From the sequence record SRR31156797_2737: 35,617 nucleotides of DNA. The stretch is one strand, 5' to 3'. The notes under the pieces are model-generated. The model had not been told where the DNA came from. It saw only the letters and a list, made by a program, of their open reading frames with translations, and did not search any database. Shown one piece after another: positions 24,755-34,356 of this stretch. The first letter of the stretch is position 1; the number at the start of each line of letters is the position of its first letter. Position numbers and translations under genes: made by a program.

Positions 24755-26779
24755 TTAAATTAATCCGTCCCGTTTCAGCAGTGGTTCTATGGATGGCTCT
24801 TTTCCTCGAAAAGCTTTATAGAGTTTCATCGGATGAGCTGTGCCACCTTTTTCAAGAATGTTTTCTGAGAACTTTTTCGCAGTTTCTTTATTGAAAATTC
24901 CTGTTTCTTTAAACATCTCAAAAGCATCAGCATCTAAAACCTCAGCCCATTTATATCCGTAATATCCGGCTGCATAACCACCCGCAAAAATATGGCTGAA
25001 AGCAGTATTGAATGCACTACCTTTCACTTGTGGTAAAAGTTCAGCTTTGGACATTATTTTCCTTTCAAATTCAATGATATCTTCATCAAATGGCTTTGTG
25101 ATAGAATGCCATGCCATATCAACCAATCCGAAACTGATTTGGCGGTCTGATGCATATCCGCTATTGAAGTTCCTGGCGTCTTTTATTCGCTGAATGAGAT
25201 CGTCAGGCATTTTTTCTCCTGTTTTATAGTGTTTAGCCCAGGTATCAAGCCATTCTTTTTCCATTGCCCAGTTTTCATGCATTTGTGAAGGTAGCTCGAC
25301 AAAATCACGATAAACATTTGTACAAGAATGACTTCCGTATGTCACATTACTCAACATAGCATGCAATGCATGTCCAAATTCGTGCAAAAACGTTGTAACT
25401 TCATCGAAAGTAAGTAATGCCGGTTCTTTGGATGTGGGCTTGGTGAAATTCATTACCAATGACACAAATGGAGCTTTATATTTTCCATCCTCTTGAGACT
25501 GTTCTCTGTAAGTTGTCATCCAGGCACCCTGTCCTTTACCTTTACGAGGGTGGAAATCTAAATAAAGTATAGCTTTTGCTTCTTCTCTTTGAGGCCCATA
25601 TACTTCGAATACAGTTACATCTTCGTGATAAGTTGGTATATCATTGTTTGTTTTGAAAGATAGATCGTATAGTGATTCTGCTAAGCCAAAAACAGCATTT
25701 ATTACACTATTCAATTCAAAATAAGGTTTTGTCATTTCGTCGGTTAGATTGTACTTTTCTTTACGCAAAAGTTCCGAATAATAAGCCCAATCCCAACGTT
25801 CTAATTCACCTTTAAGACCGTGTTGCTTAGCTGTCTCTTCAATGGCTTTTTTATCTTTTATGGCATGTGGGTGTCCGGCTGTATAAATATCTTCTAGAAG
25901 CTTATTTACATTGTTTGCATTTTGGGCCATGCGATCTTCAAGTACCATATCGGAATAGTTCTTATATCCCAATAAATTTGCTTTTTCAAGTCTTAGATTG
26001 ACAATCTCTTTAATGATTGCTTTATTGTCAAACTCGTTGTCCCTATTGCCGCGTGTAGTAAATGCCCGGTACATCTTTTCCCGGAGTTGTCTGTTTTCAG
26101 CATGCTGCATAAATGGAATGTAACTAGGGTAGTGGAGTGTAAATACCCAACCTTTTTTATCTCTGCTTTGGGCTTCTTCTATTGCCGCATTTCTTGCATA
26201 ATCAGGTAAACCATTTAAGTCTTTTTTCTCAGTGATGTGTAACTCAAATGCATTGGTTTCGGCCATTACATTTTCGTTGAATTTTAATGAAAGCTCTGAT
26301 AATCTTTTGGTTATTTGACGGTATCTTTTTTTATCTTTTTCATTCAGGTCCGCTCCACCTTTGATAAAGCCCTTATAGGTGTCCCTCATCAACATTTCTT
26401 GTTCTTCGTTAAGATTAGGCTTGCTTTCATGAACAGTTTTAACTCGCTTAAACAGATATGGATTCAGGTTTACTTCATTGGCATAATCTGTCAAGATACC
26501 TGAAAGTTCCGGAGCCAAAGCCTGCATATCATCATTAGTCTCTGCTTCGTTCAAATTGAAGAAAATACTTGCAATATGCTCTATTTGCTCACCACTTTTT
26601 TCTAATGCTTCGATGGTATTTTCAAAAGTGGGACTATCAGGATTATTTATGATGTTTTGTATTTCTTTTTTTCCATTTCTGATGGCTTCTTTCAATGCCG
26701 GTTTATAATGTTTTAACTGAATTTTGTCAAATGCCGGTGTATCAAATGGTGTATTTGTTTTTACTAATAATGGATTCAT
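24755..26779 (-). CDS. dcp: M3 family metallopeptidase (peptidyl-dipeptidase Dcp-like), no signal peptide
   Basis: MNPLL start, HEFGHALH, DFVELPSQMHENW, FSHIFAGGYAAGYYGYKWAEVLDADAF. Confidence 0.9.
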   Translation of the reverse strand: MNPLLVKTNTPFDTPAFDKIQLKHYKPALKEAIRNGKKEIQNIINNPDSPTFENTIEALEKSGEQIEHIASIFFNLNEAETNDDMQALAPELSGILTDYANEVNLNPYLFKRVKTVHESKPNLNEEQEMLMRDTYKGFIKGGADLNEKDKKRYRQITKRLSELSLKFNENVMAETNAFELHITEKKDLNGLPDYARNAAIEEAQSRDKKGWVFTLHYPSYIPFMQHAENRQLREKMYRAFTTRGNRDNEFDNKAIIKEIVNLRLEKANLLGYKNYSDMVLEDRMAQNANNVNKLLEDIYTAGHPHAIKDKKAIEETAKQHGLKGELERWDWAYYSELLRKEKYNLTDEMTKPYFELNSVINAVFGLAESLYDLSFKTNNDIPTYHEDVTVFEVYGPQREEAKAILYLDFHPRKGKGQGAWMTTYREQSQEDGKYKAPFVSLVMNFTKPTSKEPALLTFDEVTTFLHEFGHALHAMLSNVTYGSHSCTNVYRDFVELPSQMHENWAMEKEWLDTWAKHYKTGEKMPDDLIQRIKDARNFNSGYASDRQISFGLVDMAWHSITKPFDEDIIEFERKIMSKAELLPQVKGSAFNTAFSHIFAGGYAAGYYGYKWAEVLDADAFEMFKETGIFNKETAKKFSENILEKGGTAHPMKLYKAFRGKEPSIEPLLKRDGLI

Positions 26780-26821
26780 TATTTGCAATTTTTATGTTTA
26801 AAAGTGGAACGTTTAATCTGA

Positions 26822-27994
26822 TTATTCGTTCAGTAAACGTGTCAGATAAGTCGTTGAATCGATGTTAATCAATTGTACATTATGGTAATAGAAGTTTATA
26901 ATTTCTTCAAAAGTTTTTCCAACTTTTGCCATTTTCATTGCGCCTTCCTGTGCAAGTCCAACACCATGTCCATAACCACGTCCCTTCAATATAATTTTGT
27001 CATTTTCAGGATACATTGAGAAAAAAGTGGAGCGCAGTCTGAAGTGATTCCGCACATTTTTTAGCGGTACATTTTGATTGTTTATTAAAATGTTGCGAAC
27101 CCTTTTATTTTGTTTGAAAGTAAAGAGTTTTTTAGGATCATAATCTGCTGGTAAATTTACTCCAATATGATCTAAAAATTTAACCCAATCCTCTAACTTT
27201 ATAGTATCTGTCCAATGTGAATTGTGTAAATCAGACCAATAAGGATCTTCTTTACCTCTTAGATAAGGCATTGCTGCTGTCCAAACATCTTCAGAATTAA
27301 TGGTGTAACCTCCACTATTTGAGTGGAAAGCAGCGGTTATGAGCTGCATGTTTTTGTCTGTAATTACAACACCTTTAGTTTCTTCAACAGCAGCCGCGAT
27401 TTTTGAGTTTTGTGTACGAATTCCTTTGTATACCTGACAATGCACATCATCGCAAAGGTTGTAATTTTCATTTTCATGCCTATCGATGTGATTTAATGCA
27501 TAAGTGCGACTGATTATCGCTTGAGATTTATAGAATTCTTTCATTGCTCGCGTTCCACTTTCGGCTTCAACTACAGCGGCCACATAGCTTTCAAAATCCA
27601 CTTCATTTATTATTGAAAGCTTGTTTTCAGCATGGATATCTAATTCTAATTTGCCCTCGTAACGCCTTTTTGGAAGGGCTGGAAATGCTGGTTCCAGGCT
27701 AAAAAGTGAGTTCTCCTTTTTTGGCGTAATTCTTAAGCTTTGGGATAACCCCATGTGTTTCTCGATTCCCCAAACACTCAATTGTTTTCCAACCAGCGTG
27801 ATATAAATTACATCGTGACCTTTAATTTTTTCTTTGAAGCCCTGATCATTTTCAAGATAAAATGTTCCTTTTATGGGTTTGAAAACCAGTGTTTTAATTT
27901 CAAAGTTGTGGAATAGTCCGATTCTAATATTCTGTGCAAATACAAATTGCGTGATAATCAACAATATAATTAATGGAAGTATCTTTTTTATCAT
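26822..27994 (-). CDS. SpoIID/LytB domain protein (peptidoglycan lytic transglycosylase-like)
   Basis: Signal peptide, ESYVAAVVEAE, KSQAIISRTYA, LCDDVHCQVY, FHSNSGG and GRGYGHGVGLAQEGA. Start overlaps the lpxB stop. Confidence 0.92.
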   Translation of the reverse strand: MIKKILPLIILLIITQFVFAQNIRIGLFHNFEIKTLVFKPIKGTFYLENDQGFKEKIKGHDVIYITLVGKQLSVWGIEKHMGLSQSLRITPKKENSLFSLEPAFPALPKRRYEGKLELDIHAENKLSIINEVDFESYVAAVVEAESGTRAMKEFYKSQAIISRTYALNHIDRHENENYNLCDDVHCQVYKGIRTQNSKIAAAVEETKGVVITDKNMQLITAAFHSNSGGYTINSEDVWTAAMPYLRGKEDPYWSDLHNSHWTDTIKLEDWVKFLDHIGVNLPADYDPKKLFTFKQNKRVRNILINNQNVPLKNVRNHFRLRSTFFSMYPENDKIILKGRGYGHGVGLAQEGAMKMAKVGKTFEEIINFYYHNVQLINIDSTTYLTRLLNE

Positions 27995-29127
27995 TACATT
28001 GTTGCTTTTAAACGTTCAACCATTGATTCTGCTGCTCTTACTGAGGCGCCCGTATTTCCCATTCTTTTGTTAAGTTCCCTGTAATTATTTAATAGTAGTT
28101 CTCTTTTCTTGCCACCTGGTAATATGGCAGCTAATTCATTTTTTAGCTTTTTAAAAGTAAAATCTTTTTGCAATAACTCCTTGACAATTTCTTTTTGCAT
28201 GATTAAATTAACCAGCGTTGCCCATTTTACTTTAATTACAATTCTACCAACAATTTGGGACAACATTCCGCCAGTAACCTTGTAAACTGCAACTTGTGGT
28301 ATCCCAATTAATGCAGTTTCAAGAACAGCTGTTCCACTGGCCACAATGGCTCCATCAGCGTGTTTAAGCAGTTGATAAGTATCGTTTTTGATTAATTTAT
28401 AATTGCCTTCGGATATGAATTGTTCATAGAAGTCATCTTTGATTCCCGGCGCAGCGGAAACTAAAAACTGGTATTGTGGAAACTTTTTTTCCATGCGCAA
28501 CATCATAGGCAATAGGAACTTAATTTCTTGTCGTCGACTTCCTGGTAGCAATGCGATAACTGGTTTATGCTCAATTTGATGCCTTTTAGCAAAATCATCA
28601 AAAATTTCTTTTTTGTTCAATTTAGATTCAATGGCATCCAGCAATGGGTTCCCTACATATTCGATATCGTAGTCATATGATTTATAAAAATCAACCTCAA
28701 AAGGTAAAATAGAGTAGAGGCGATCAATGTATTTTTTAATGGATTTGATACGGAACGTTTTCCAGGCCCAAATTTTAGGAGCGATATAATAAAAAGTTTT
28801 AAACCCGTTTTCTTTGGCAAACTTTGCAATACGGAGGTTAAATCCCGGATAGTCAATGAAAATAACTACATCAGGATTGTTATCGAGGATGTCTTTTTTG
28901 CAGTAATCAAGGTTACCTTTTATTTTCTTAAGGCTCTTTATCACGCTCCAATAGCCCATAACTGCAGTTTCTTTGTAATGCTTAACAATATCGGCACCAC
29001 TTTCTTGCATGAGGTCGCCACCCCAGGCTCTGATTTCAGCCTGTGGATCTGATCTTCTAATTCCTTTAATTAAATTGGATCCGTGCAAATCTCCTGATGC
29101 TTCTCCTGCAATTATATAGTACTTCAT
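27994..29127 (-). CDS. lpxB: Lipid-A-disaccharide synthase
   Basis: IAGEASGDLHG, IDYPGFN, PKIWAW, ILPFE, VGNPL, LLPGSRRQE and SGTAVLE. Confidence 0.97.
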   Translation of the reverse strand: MKYYIIAGEASGDLHGSNLIKGIRRSDPQAEIRAWGGDLMQESGADIVKHYKETAVMGYWSVIKSLKKIKGNLDYCKKDILDNNPDVVIFIDYPGFNLRIAKFAKENGFKTFYYIAPKIWAWKTFRIKSIKKYIDRLYSILPFEVDFYKSYDYDIEYVGNPLLDAIESKLNKKEIFDDFAKRHQIEHKPVIALLPGSRRQEIKFLLPMMLRMEKKFPQYQFLVSAAPGIKDDFYEQFISEGNYKLIKNDTYQLLKHADGAIVASGTAVLETALIGIPQVAVYKVTGGMLSQIVGRIVIKVKWATLVNLIMQKEIVKELLQKDFTFKKLKNELAAILPGGKKRELLLNNYRELNKRMGNTGASVRAAESMVERLKATM

Positions 29128-29138
29128 TTTATAATTTC

Positions 29139-29432
29139 TTAACTCAATCTTAAAATAGCTACTATCATTGTAAATACAACAACGGCGGTTAAAACACCCC
29201 GTGCAGATCTGTTTCTGTTTGTCCAGATAAAGATAAAAAACAACAATAAATTTGGAAGTGCACTCAATGCCATTATTGATGAAAACATTCCCGTAAAACT
29301 GATGTAGCTCAAAAAAGTTTGAAAGGTGGGGAATTTATCCTGTCCGGCAAAATAGAATGCAAAAAAGGCAATGGTTGTCAATAGAATAGACAGTAAAAAA
29401 CCCAATCCAATATTATCGTATTTCTTTTTCAT
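29139..29432 (-). CDS. Small membrane protein (3 TM), in the surE-lpxB operon
   Basis: Three hydrophobic segments with LPNLLLFF...ARGV. Start overlaps the surE stop (ATGA). Confidence 0.8.
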   Translation of the reverse strand: MKKKYDNIGLGFLLSILLTTIAFFAFYFAGQDKFPTFQTFLSYISFTGMFSSIMALSALPNLLLFFIFIWTNRNRSARGVLTAVVVFTMIVAILRLS

Positions 29433-30223
29433 GATTCCTTATCTGTATTTAATCCTGAGATGTGTTCCAATGCATGGTATGCTGTAAAGTCAGCTTTGAT
29501 AGGGACAACGGACACATAATTGTTGGCCAGTGCCCACTCGTCTGTATCTTTAGCATTAGGTTCATAATTATTGAATGAACCGGTCAGCCAATAATAATCA
29601 TGCTTGTGTGGATCTATTCTTTTTTCAAACTCTTCCTTCCACACACCATGTGTTTGTCGACAAACCATCATGCCCTTAATTTCTTTAAGTGGTATTTTCG
29701 GAACATTTACATTCAAAGTGGTGTATTCCGGCAGACCGTTATCCAATACAAATTTGAATATCATTTCGGCATAAATTGAAGCTGCAGAAAAGTCTGCATT
29801 TGGCGAATGATCAAGTAGAGAAAACCCAATGGATGTAACCCCGTTCAGACAGGCTTCAATGGCTGCACCCATTGTTCCTGAGTAAATTACGGAGATAGAT
29901 GCATTGGAGCCATGATTAATACCACTTACCATAATATCGGGTTTGCGCGGTACAAATTTGTTCAGGCCCAGTTTAACACAGTCTACGGGTGTACCATTGC
30001 ATTTATATACTTTTATACCAGGTTCGTCACGAAGTTTTTTAACACGCAGGGGTTCTTTTATCGTAATGGCATGTGACATGCCTGATCGGGCACTTTCAGG
30101 TGCAACTGCTACTACATCTCCAAATTTTGAAACAACATTAATAAGTGTTTCAAGTCCATTCGCATAATATCCATCATCGTTTGATACAAATATAAGTGGT
30201 CGTTTATTGTTTTTCAAAGCCAA
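29429..30223 (-). CDS. surE: 5'/3'-nucleotidase SurE
   Basis: VSNDDG, SGMSHAIT, GTPVDCV and SGINHGSN...YSGTMGAA. TTG start. Confidence 0.97.
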   Translation of the reverse strand: MALKNNKRPLIFVSNDDGYYANGLETLINVVSKFGDVVAVAPESARSGMSHAITIKEPLRVKKLRDEPGIKVYKCNGTPVDCVKLGLNKFVPRKPDIMVSGINHGSNASISVIYSGTMGAAIEACLNGVTSIGFSLLDHSPNADFSAASIYAEMIFKFVLDNGLPEYTTLNVNVPKIPLKEIKGMMVCRQTHGVWKEEFEKRIDPHKHDYYWLTGSFNNYEPNAKDTDEWALANNYVSVVPIKADFTAYHALEHISGLNTDKES

Positions 30224-30243
30224 TATTTTTTTCGTTTAATTGG

Positions 30244-30251
30244 CAAATATA
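30244..30251 (-). promoter_or_regulatory. Bacteroidota -7 promoter element for the surE operon
   Basis: Minus strand TATATTTG, 20 bp upstream of the start codon. Confidence 0.6.
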
Positions 30252-30368
30252 AAGAAACTTTCGCGTTTGAACAGATGGAATTACATGGTTCTTTAAACAG
30301 TTTTGAATAATTATAGTTTAATTGATAGTATTGGTTAATTTTATACTATTATTTGTAGTTGAGTTTTT

Positions 30369-30533
30369 ATGAACGATAAGAGAAGAAAAAATAAAAAAGC
30401 CATCCTTATCATAATTGCCCTTGTTATTATGGCTGGAGGGATGGCTATCCGAGTTTTACCTGTGGCAGCTCTTGGTGCTTTATTTTTACTTGGTATCTTG
30501 GTGAATGATATAATTGTGAAAATGAAAAGCTAG
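30369..30533 (+). CDS. Small 54-aa membrane protein (absent from the ORF track)
   Basis: MNDKRRKNKKAILIIIALVIMAGGMAIRVLPVAALGALFLLGILVNDIIVKMKS*: basic N-terminus plus two hydrophobic helices. Fills the intergenic gap, and its stop overlaps the M28 gene stop. Confidence 0.65.
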   Translation: MNDKRRKNKKAILIIIALVIMAGGMAIRVLPVAALGALFLLGILVNDIIVKMKS

Positions 30534-31954
30534 GGAAGATACATTGGAATCCAATTTATTAAAGACATGTATTTTGCCGGAGTGAAATTTAGATCCTGGT
30601 AATCATCAAGCGCATTAATAATTTTGTAAGTATAATCCACAGTGTATTTTAACCCTTCAAAATTCAGATATTTAGTATCGTCATTGTGCGTGTGGTAGTC
30701 GCGATGTAATCCGGTTGTAAAATATAATATGGGTATGTTTTTCTTATAAAACGGGGTGTGGTCTGATCCAGTACTGGTTTTCTTTATATTTTTCAGTTTC
30801 CCTTCTTTGTATTTGTTTGATTTTATCAATTTTGGGAGTTCCTTAGCAGTGCTAGATCCTATTAGGAAAAGCTTATCGCGCATTTTACGCATGCGTCCAA
30901 TCATGTCGTAATTAAAATATATGAGTATCTCATTTTTGTCGAATAATTTACTGTTTACAAAAGCTCTGGAGCCTTTTAATCCTCTTTCTTCAGCTCCCAA
31001 TGCTATAAATAAATAATTGTGTTGGCTACTTTTTTTTGCTTTAAGCATTGCGGCCAATTCTAAAATACCGGCAACGCCACTGGCATTATCATCAGCTCCG
31101 TTGTACACACTGTCTTTGTATTCTTCATTTCTGCCAAAATAACCTATCCCCAGATGATCGTAGTGTGCCCCTATGACAATTGTTTTTGGTGCATTATTAT
31201 CAATGAACCCCAGTATGTTTTCACCCAATTGCTTTTCGGGTAATTCAGCACCCATATTAACTTTTTTTCCATCAAATGCCATCACAAGGTCATGATGATT
31301 AGGAAAAGTGTAGAAAACTGGAATGTTCGTTTTAATGTGAGCAAACTTGCCAACAAGATCACTGTACCAAACTTTTTGTCCCATAAGAATAATGCCAGCA
31401 ACATTTTGATCTATTAAATACTTGATATGTAACTTATAGTTGTAAACACTATCATGATAAGGAGTATTTTTCTTGGGCTTAGCTGTGATATTTATTAGTG
31501 CGATTTTACCTTGAATTTGCAACTCATTTTTTTCAAGTAATGCTTCGTATAATTTTTGATCTGGAATGAATTGAATTGTTGCTTGAATGCTTGTGTCAGC
31601 TGTGTAGCGTGTAGTGTAAAAATGACGTCGATGTTCAAGTTCCATGTTATCTGATTTAACCCACGCATTTTTGGCTAAAATATCTGTAAAAAAATGAAAA
31701 GACTGTCTGTAGCTGTTAAGTTTTGGATATGTTGTAAGTCCGATTTCTTTGTATCTGTTCTCAATGTATTTGATGCTTTTTTCAACAGAAGGTAATCCAC
31801 TTTGTCTGCCTTGTAATGAATCATTAGCTAATACGTAAACATCTCTTATTATGCTTTGTAATGCCTTGTCTTGTTGTTTTTGTGCGTATAGGGAATGTAA
31901 TCCCGGAATAAAAAAAATGAGAATAAGAATTCTTGAGAAGTAATAGATTTTCAT
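30530..31954 (-). CDS. M28 family peptidase with PA-like insertion, exported
   Basis: Signal peptide, LANDSLQGR, IGAHYDH, NGADDNASG, AEERGL, DMIGR, SDH and DYH. Confidence 0.92.
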   Translation of the reverse strand: MKIYYFSRILILIFFIPGLHSLYAQKQQDKALQSIIRDVYVLANDSLQGRQSGLPSVEKSIKYIENRYKEIGLTTYPKLNSYRQSFHFFTDILAKNAWVKSDNMELEHRRHFYTTRYTADTSIQATIQFIPDQKLYEALLEKNELQIQGKIALINITAKPKKNTPYHDSVYNYKLHIKYLIDQNVAGIILMGQKVWYSDLVGKFAHIKTNIPVFYTFPNHHDLVMAFDGKKVNMGAELPEKQLGENILGFIDNNAPKTIVIGAHYDHLGIGYFGRNEEYKDSVYNGADDNASGVAGILELAAMLKAKKSSQHNYLFIALGAEERGLKGSRAFVNSKLFDKNEILIYFNYDMIGRMRKMRDKLFLIGSSTAKELPKLIKSNKYKEGKLKNIKKTSTGSDHTPFYKKNIPILYFTTGLHRDYHTHNDDTKYLNFEGLKYTVDYTYKIINALDDYQDLNFTPAKYMSLINWIPMYLP

Positions 31955-32014
31955 CGTTTCGAAGTTTTTAATTTTGGTTTCCGGGTTATGACGAAGAAAT
32001 ATAATGATTGTTGC

Positions 32015-32049
32015 AAAAAAAAGGTTGCTGGAATTTCAGCAACCTTTTT
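32015..32049 (-). terminator. Intrinsic terminator after the lipoprotein M3 peptidase
   Basis: AAAAAGGTTGCTG-gaattt-CAGCAACCTTTTT, with an A8 run on the plus strand. Confidence 0.88.
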
Positions 32050-32060
32050 CAATATAACAA

Positions 32061-34178
32061 TTAGTTTAAGCCCCGTCTGGCAAGCAATGCATCAATTGTA
32101 GGTTCCTGTCCACGGAATTTAACATAATTCTCCATGGCTTCATGACTACCACCTGCACTTAAAACATATTGACGGAATTTGTCGGCAGTTTCTTTGTCGA
32201 ATATACCATTGTCTTTGAATGCCTGGAATGCGTCAGCATCTAAAATCTCGGCCCATGCATATCCGTAATATCCAACAGCATAACCACCTGCAAAGATGTG
32301 ACCAAAATATGTTGAACGATAACGGAAAGCAATTTCAGGAATTAAACCTATTTTTGCTCTTACATTATCTTCAAACTCCTGAACAGAAGTAATTTGACTT
32401 GGATCAGTAAGCATATGCCAACTCATATCTAATAATCCGGCTCCGATGAATTCTGTTAATCCAAATCCTTGATTGTGAAGGCTTGCAGCTTTCATCTTTT
32501 CGATTAGTTCATCTGGAATAGTTTCACCACTTTCATAATGCTTACCCATCATTTTGATTACTTCAGGTTGGGCAGCCCAGTTTTCCATAATTTGTGATGG
32601 AAGCTCTACATAATCTCGCGGTACAGAAGTTCCAGATTGTGTGTAATATGTGGTATTTGAAAGTAATCCGTGTAGTGCGTGTCCAAATTCGTGGAATAAT
32701 GTTGAAACTTCGTCGAATGTTAGCAACGAAGGTTTATCTTTTGTAGGAGCTGTGAAGTTGCATACAACAGAAATAACCGGAGCAACACGTTTTTCGTTTT
32801 CAGTATATTGTTTTCTGAAAGAAGTCATCCATGCACCAGGTCCTTTACTTGCACGTGGGTGGAAATCCATATACAAGATACCTAAATGGTCTCCATTGGC
32901 TTCTTTTACTTCAAAAACAACATTAGCTTCATTGTATTTGGGTATGTCTTTAATTTCTTCGAATGTCAGACCCCAAAGTTTTGTAGCAACATCAAACATG
33001 GCAGTACGAACATTTTCAAGTTTGAAATAAGGACGTGTTTCTTCTTCGTTGAAGTTATATTTTTGAATACGCAACTTCTCTGCATAATACCACCAGTCCC
33101 AGGGAGCTAATTTGAAATCATGACCTTCAGCTTTTATCATAGTTTGCATTTCGTCGCGCTCTTTTTGAGCAACTTTGTTTCCTTCAGCCATAAGTTTATT
33201 CAATAATTCAAATACGCGCTCGGGTGTTTTAGCCATGCGGTCGTCCAATACGTAATTTGCATAAGTATCATAACCCATCAATTGGCCTTTATCAATACGA
33301 AGCTTAACCATCTCTTTTAAAATTTCTTTGTTGTCAAGCTCATCATCATGGTTACATTGAGTAGTATATGCTTTCCACATTTTTTCACGCAATTCTCTTT
33401 TTTCTGAGAATGATAGAAATGGTAGTAAGCTTGGTTTTTGAATGGTAAATAACCATTGTCCGTTTTTTCCTGCTTTTTCGGCAGCCATTGCTGCAGCTGC
33501 GCGCGTTGATTCAGTTAAACCTGCAAGGTCTTCCTCGTTTTCAATAAACATTTGGAATTTGTTGTTCTCTTTCAGGTGATTATCATCAAACTTCAAAGAA
33601 AGTTCAGCAAGTTTTTCATTGATTTGGCGCAAACGAGCTTGCTTATCCTCTGGTAAGTTTGCTCCACTGCGATCAAATTTTTTGTAAGTATCTTTTAAAA
33701 GTTTTGATTGCTCTTCATTTAGATTTAGTTCATCTTTCTTTTCATAAACAGCTTTAACTTTTTTGAAAAGTTCAGGATTAAGGCTGATGTCATCATAATG
33801 TTTTGATTTTAAGGGCGATACTTCTTTAGCGATTTTTTGAAGTTCATCATTTGTATCAGTACCTCTCACATTGCTGAAAATAGCGCTTACTGTGCGTAAT
33901 GTCATCCCTGCATTATCGAGTGCTGCAATTGTATTTTCAAAGTTTGGCTCATCCTGATTATTGATGATGGCATCAATTTCACTTTTATGTTCTTCCATTG
34001 CTTTTTTGAAAGCAGGCATATAGTGCTCAGCTTTAATTTGATCGAAAGGTGGTACCTGGAAAGGCGTTTCGAATTTAGAAAGTAATGGATTGTCTCCTGC
34101 GGCTTTGCCATTGGTTTTGTCTCCACAAGCACCAAATAACAGTCCTGCAGCTAAAATTACAAACATTATTTTTTTCAC
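32061..34178 (-). CDS. dcp: M3 family metallopeptidase (Dcp-like), lipoprotein
   Basis: GTG start, lipobox LFGAC, NPLL, HEFGHALH, DYVELPSQIMENW and HIFAGGYAVGYY. Confidence 0.9.
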   Translation of the reverse strand: MKKIMFVILAAGLLFGACGDKTNGKAAGDNPLLSKFETPFQVPPFDQIKAEHYMPAFKKAMEEHKSEIDAIINNQDEPNFENTIAALDNAGMTLRTVSAIFSNVRGTDTNDELQKIAKEVSPLKSKHYDDISLNPELFKKVKAVYEKKDELNLNEEQSKLLKDTYKKFDRSGANLPEDKQARLRQINEKLAELSLKFDDNHLKENNKFQMFIENEEDLAGLTESTRAAAAMAAEKAGKNGQWLFTIQKPSLLPFLSFSEKRELREKMWKAYTTQCNHDDELDNKEILKEMVKLRIDKGQLMGYDTYANYVLDDRMAKTPERVFELLNKLMAEGNKVAQKERDEMQTMIKAEGHDFKLAPWDWWYYAEKLRIQKYNFNEEETRPYFKLENVRTAMFDVATKLWGLTFEEIKDIPKYNEANVVFEVKEANGDHLGILYMDFHPRASKGPGAWMTSFRKQYTENEKRVAPVISVVCNFTAPTKDKPSLLTFDEVSTLFHEFGHALHGLLSNTTYYTQSGTSVPRDYVELPSQIMENWAAQPEVIKMMGKHYESGETIPDELIEKMKAASLHNQGFGLTEFIGAGLLDMSWHMLTDPSQITSVQEFEDNVRAKIGLIPEIAFRYRSTYFGHIFAGGYAVGYYGYAWAEILDADAFQAFKDNGIFDKETADKFRQYVLSAGGSHEAMENYVKFRGQEPTIDALLARRGLN

Positions 34179-34212
34179 GGTTGGATAAATTTATGATTTA
34201 ACTAATTGCTAA

Positions 34213-34220
34213 CAAAAATA
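34213..34220 (-). promoter_or_regulatory. Bacteroidota -7 promoter element for the lipoprotein M3 peptidase
   Basis: Minus strand TATTTTTG about 35 bp upstream of the GTG start. Confidence 0.45.
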
Positions 34221-34289
34221 ATTAAAGCGTGGATTTTCTGCTAATTATGTTAACGAAATTTTAAAGAATGTACGTAAATGAACAAGTTT

Positions 34290-34356
34290 GTTTCAGGTTT
34301 CAGGTCAAAAAGTTTCAAGTTATGAACATGGCACCTGAAACCTGGAACTTGAAACT
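34290..34356. repeat. Inverted heptamer repeat array (GTTTCAG/GTTTCAA units)
   Basis: GTTTCAG-GTTTCAG-GT...AGTTTCAAGTT followed by ACCTGAAACCTGGAACTTGAAACT, immediately downstream of the apbE stop. Confidence 0.75.
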
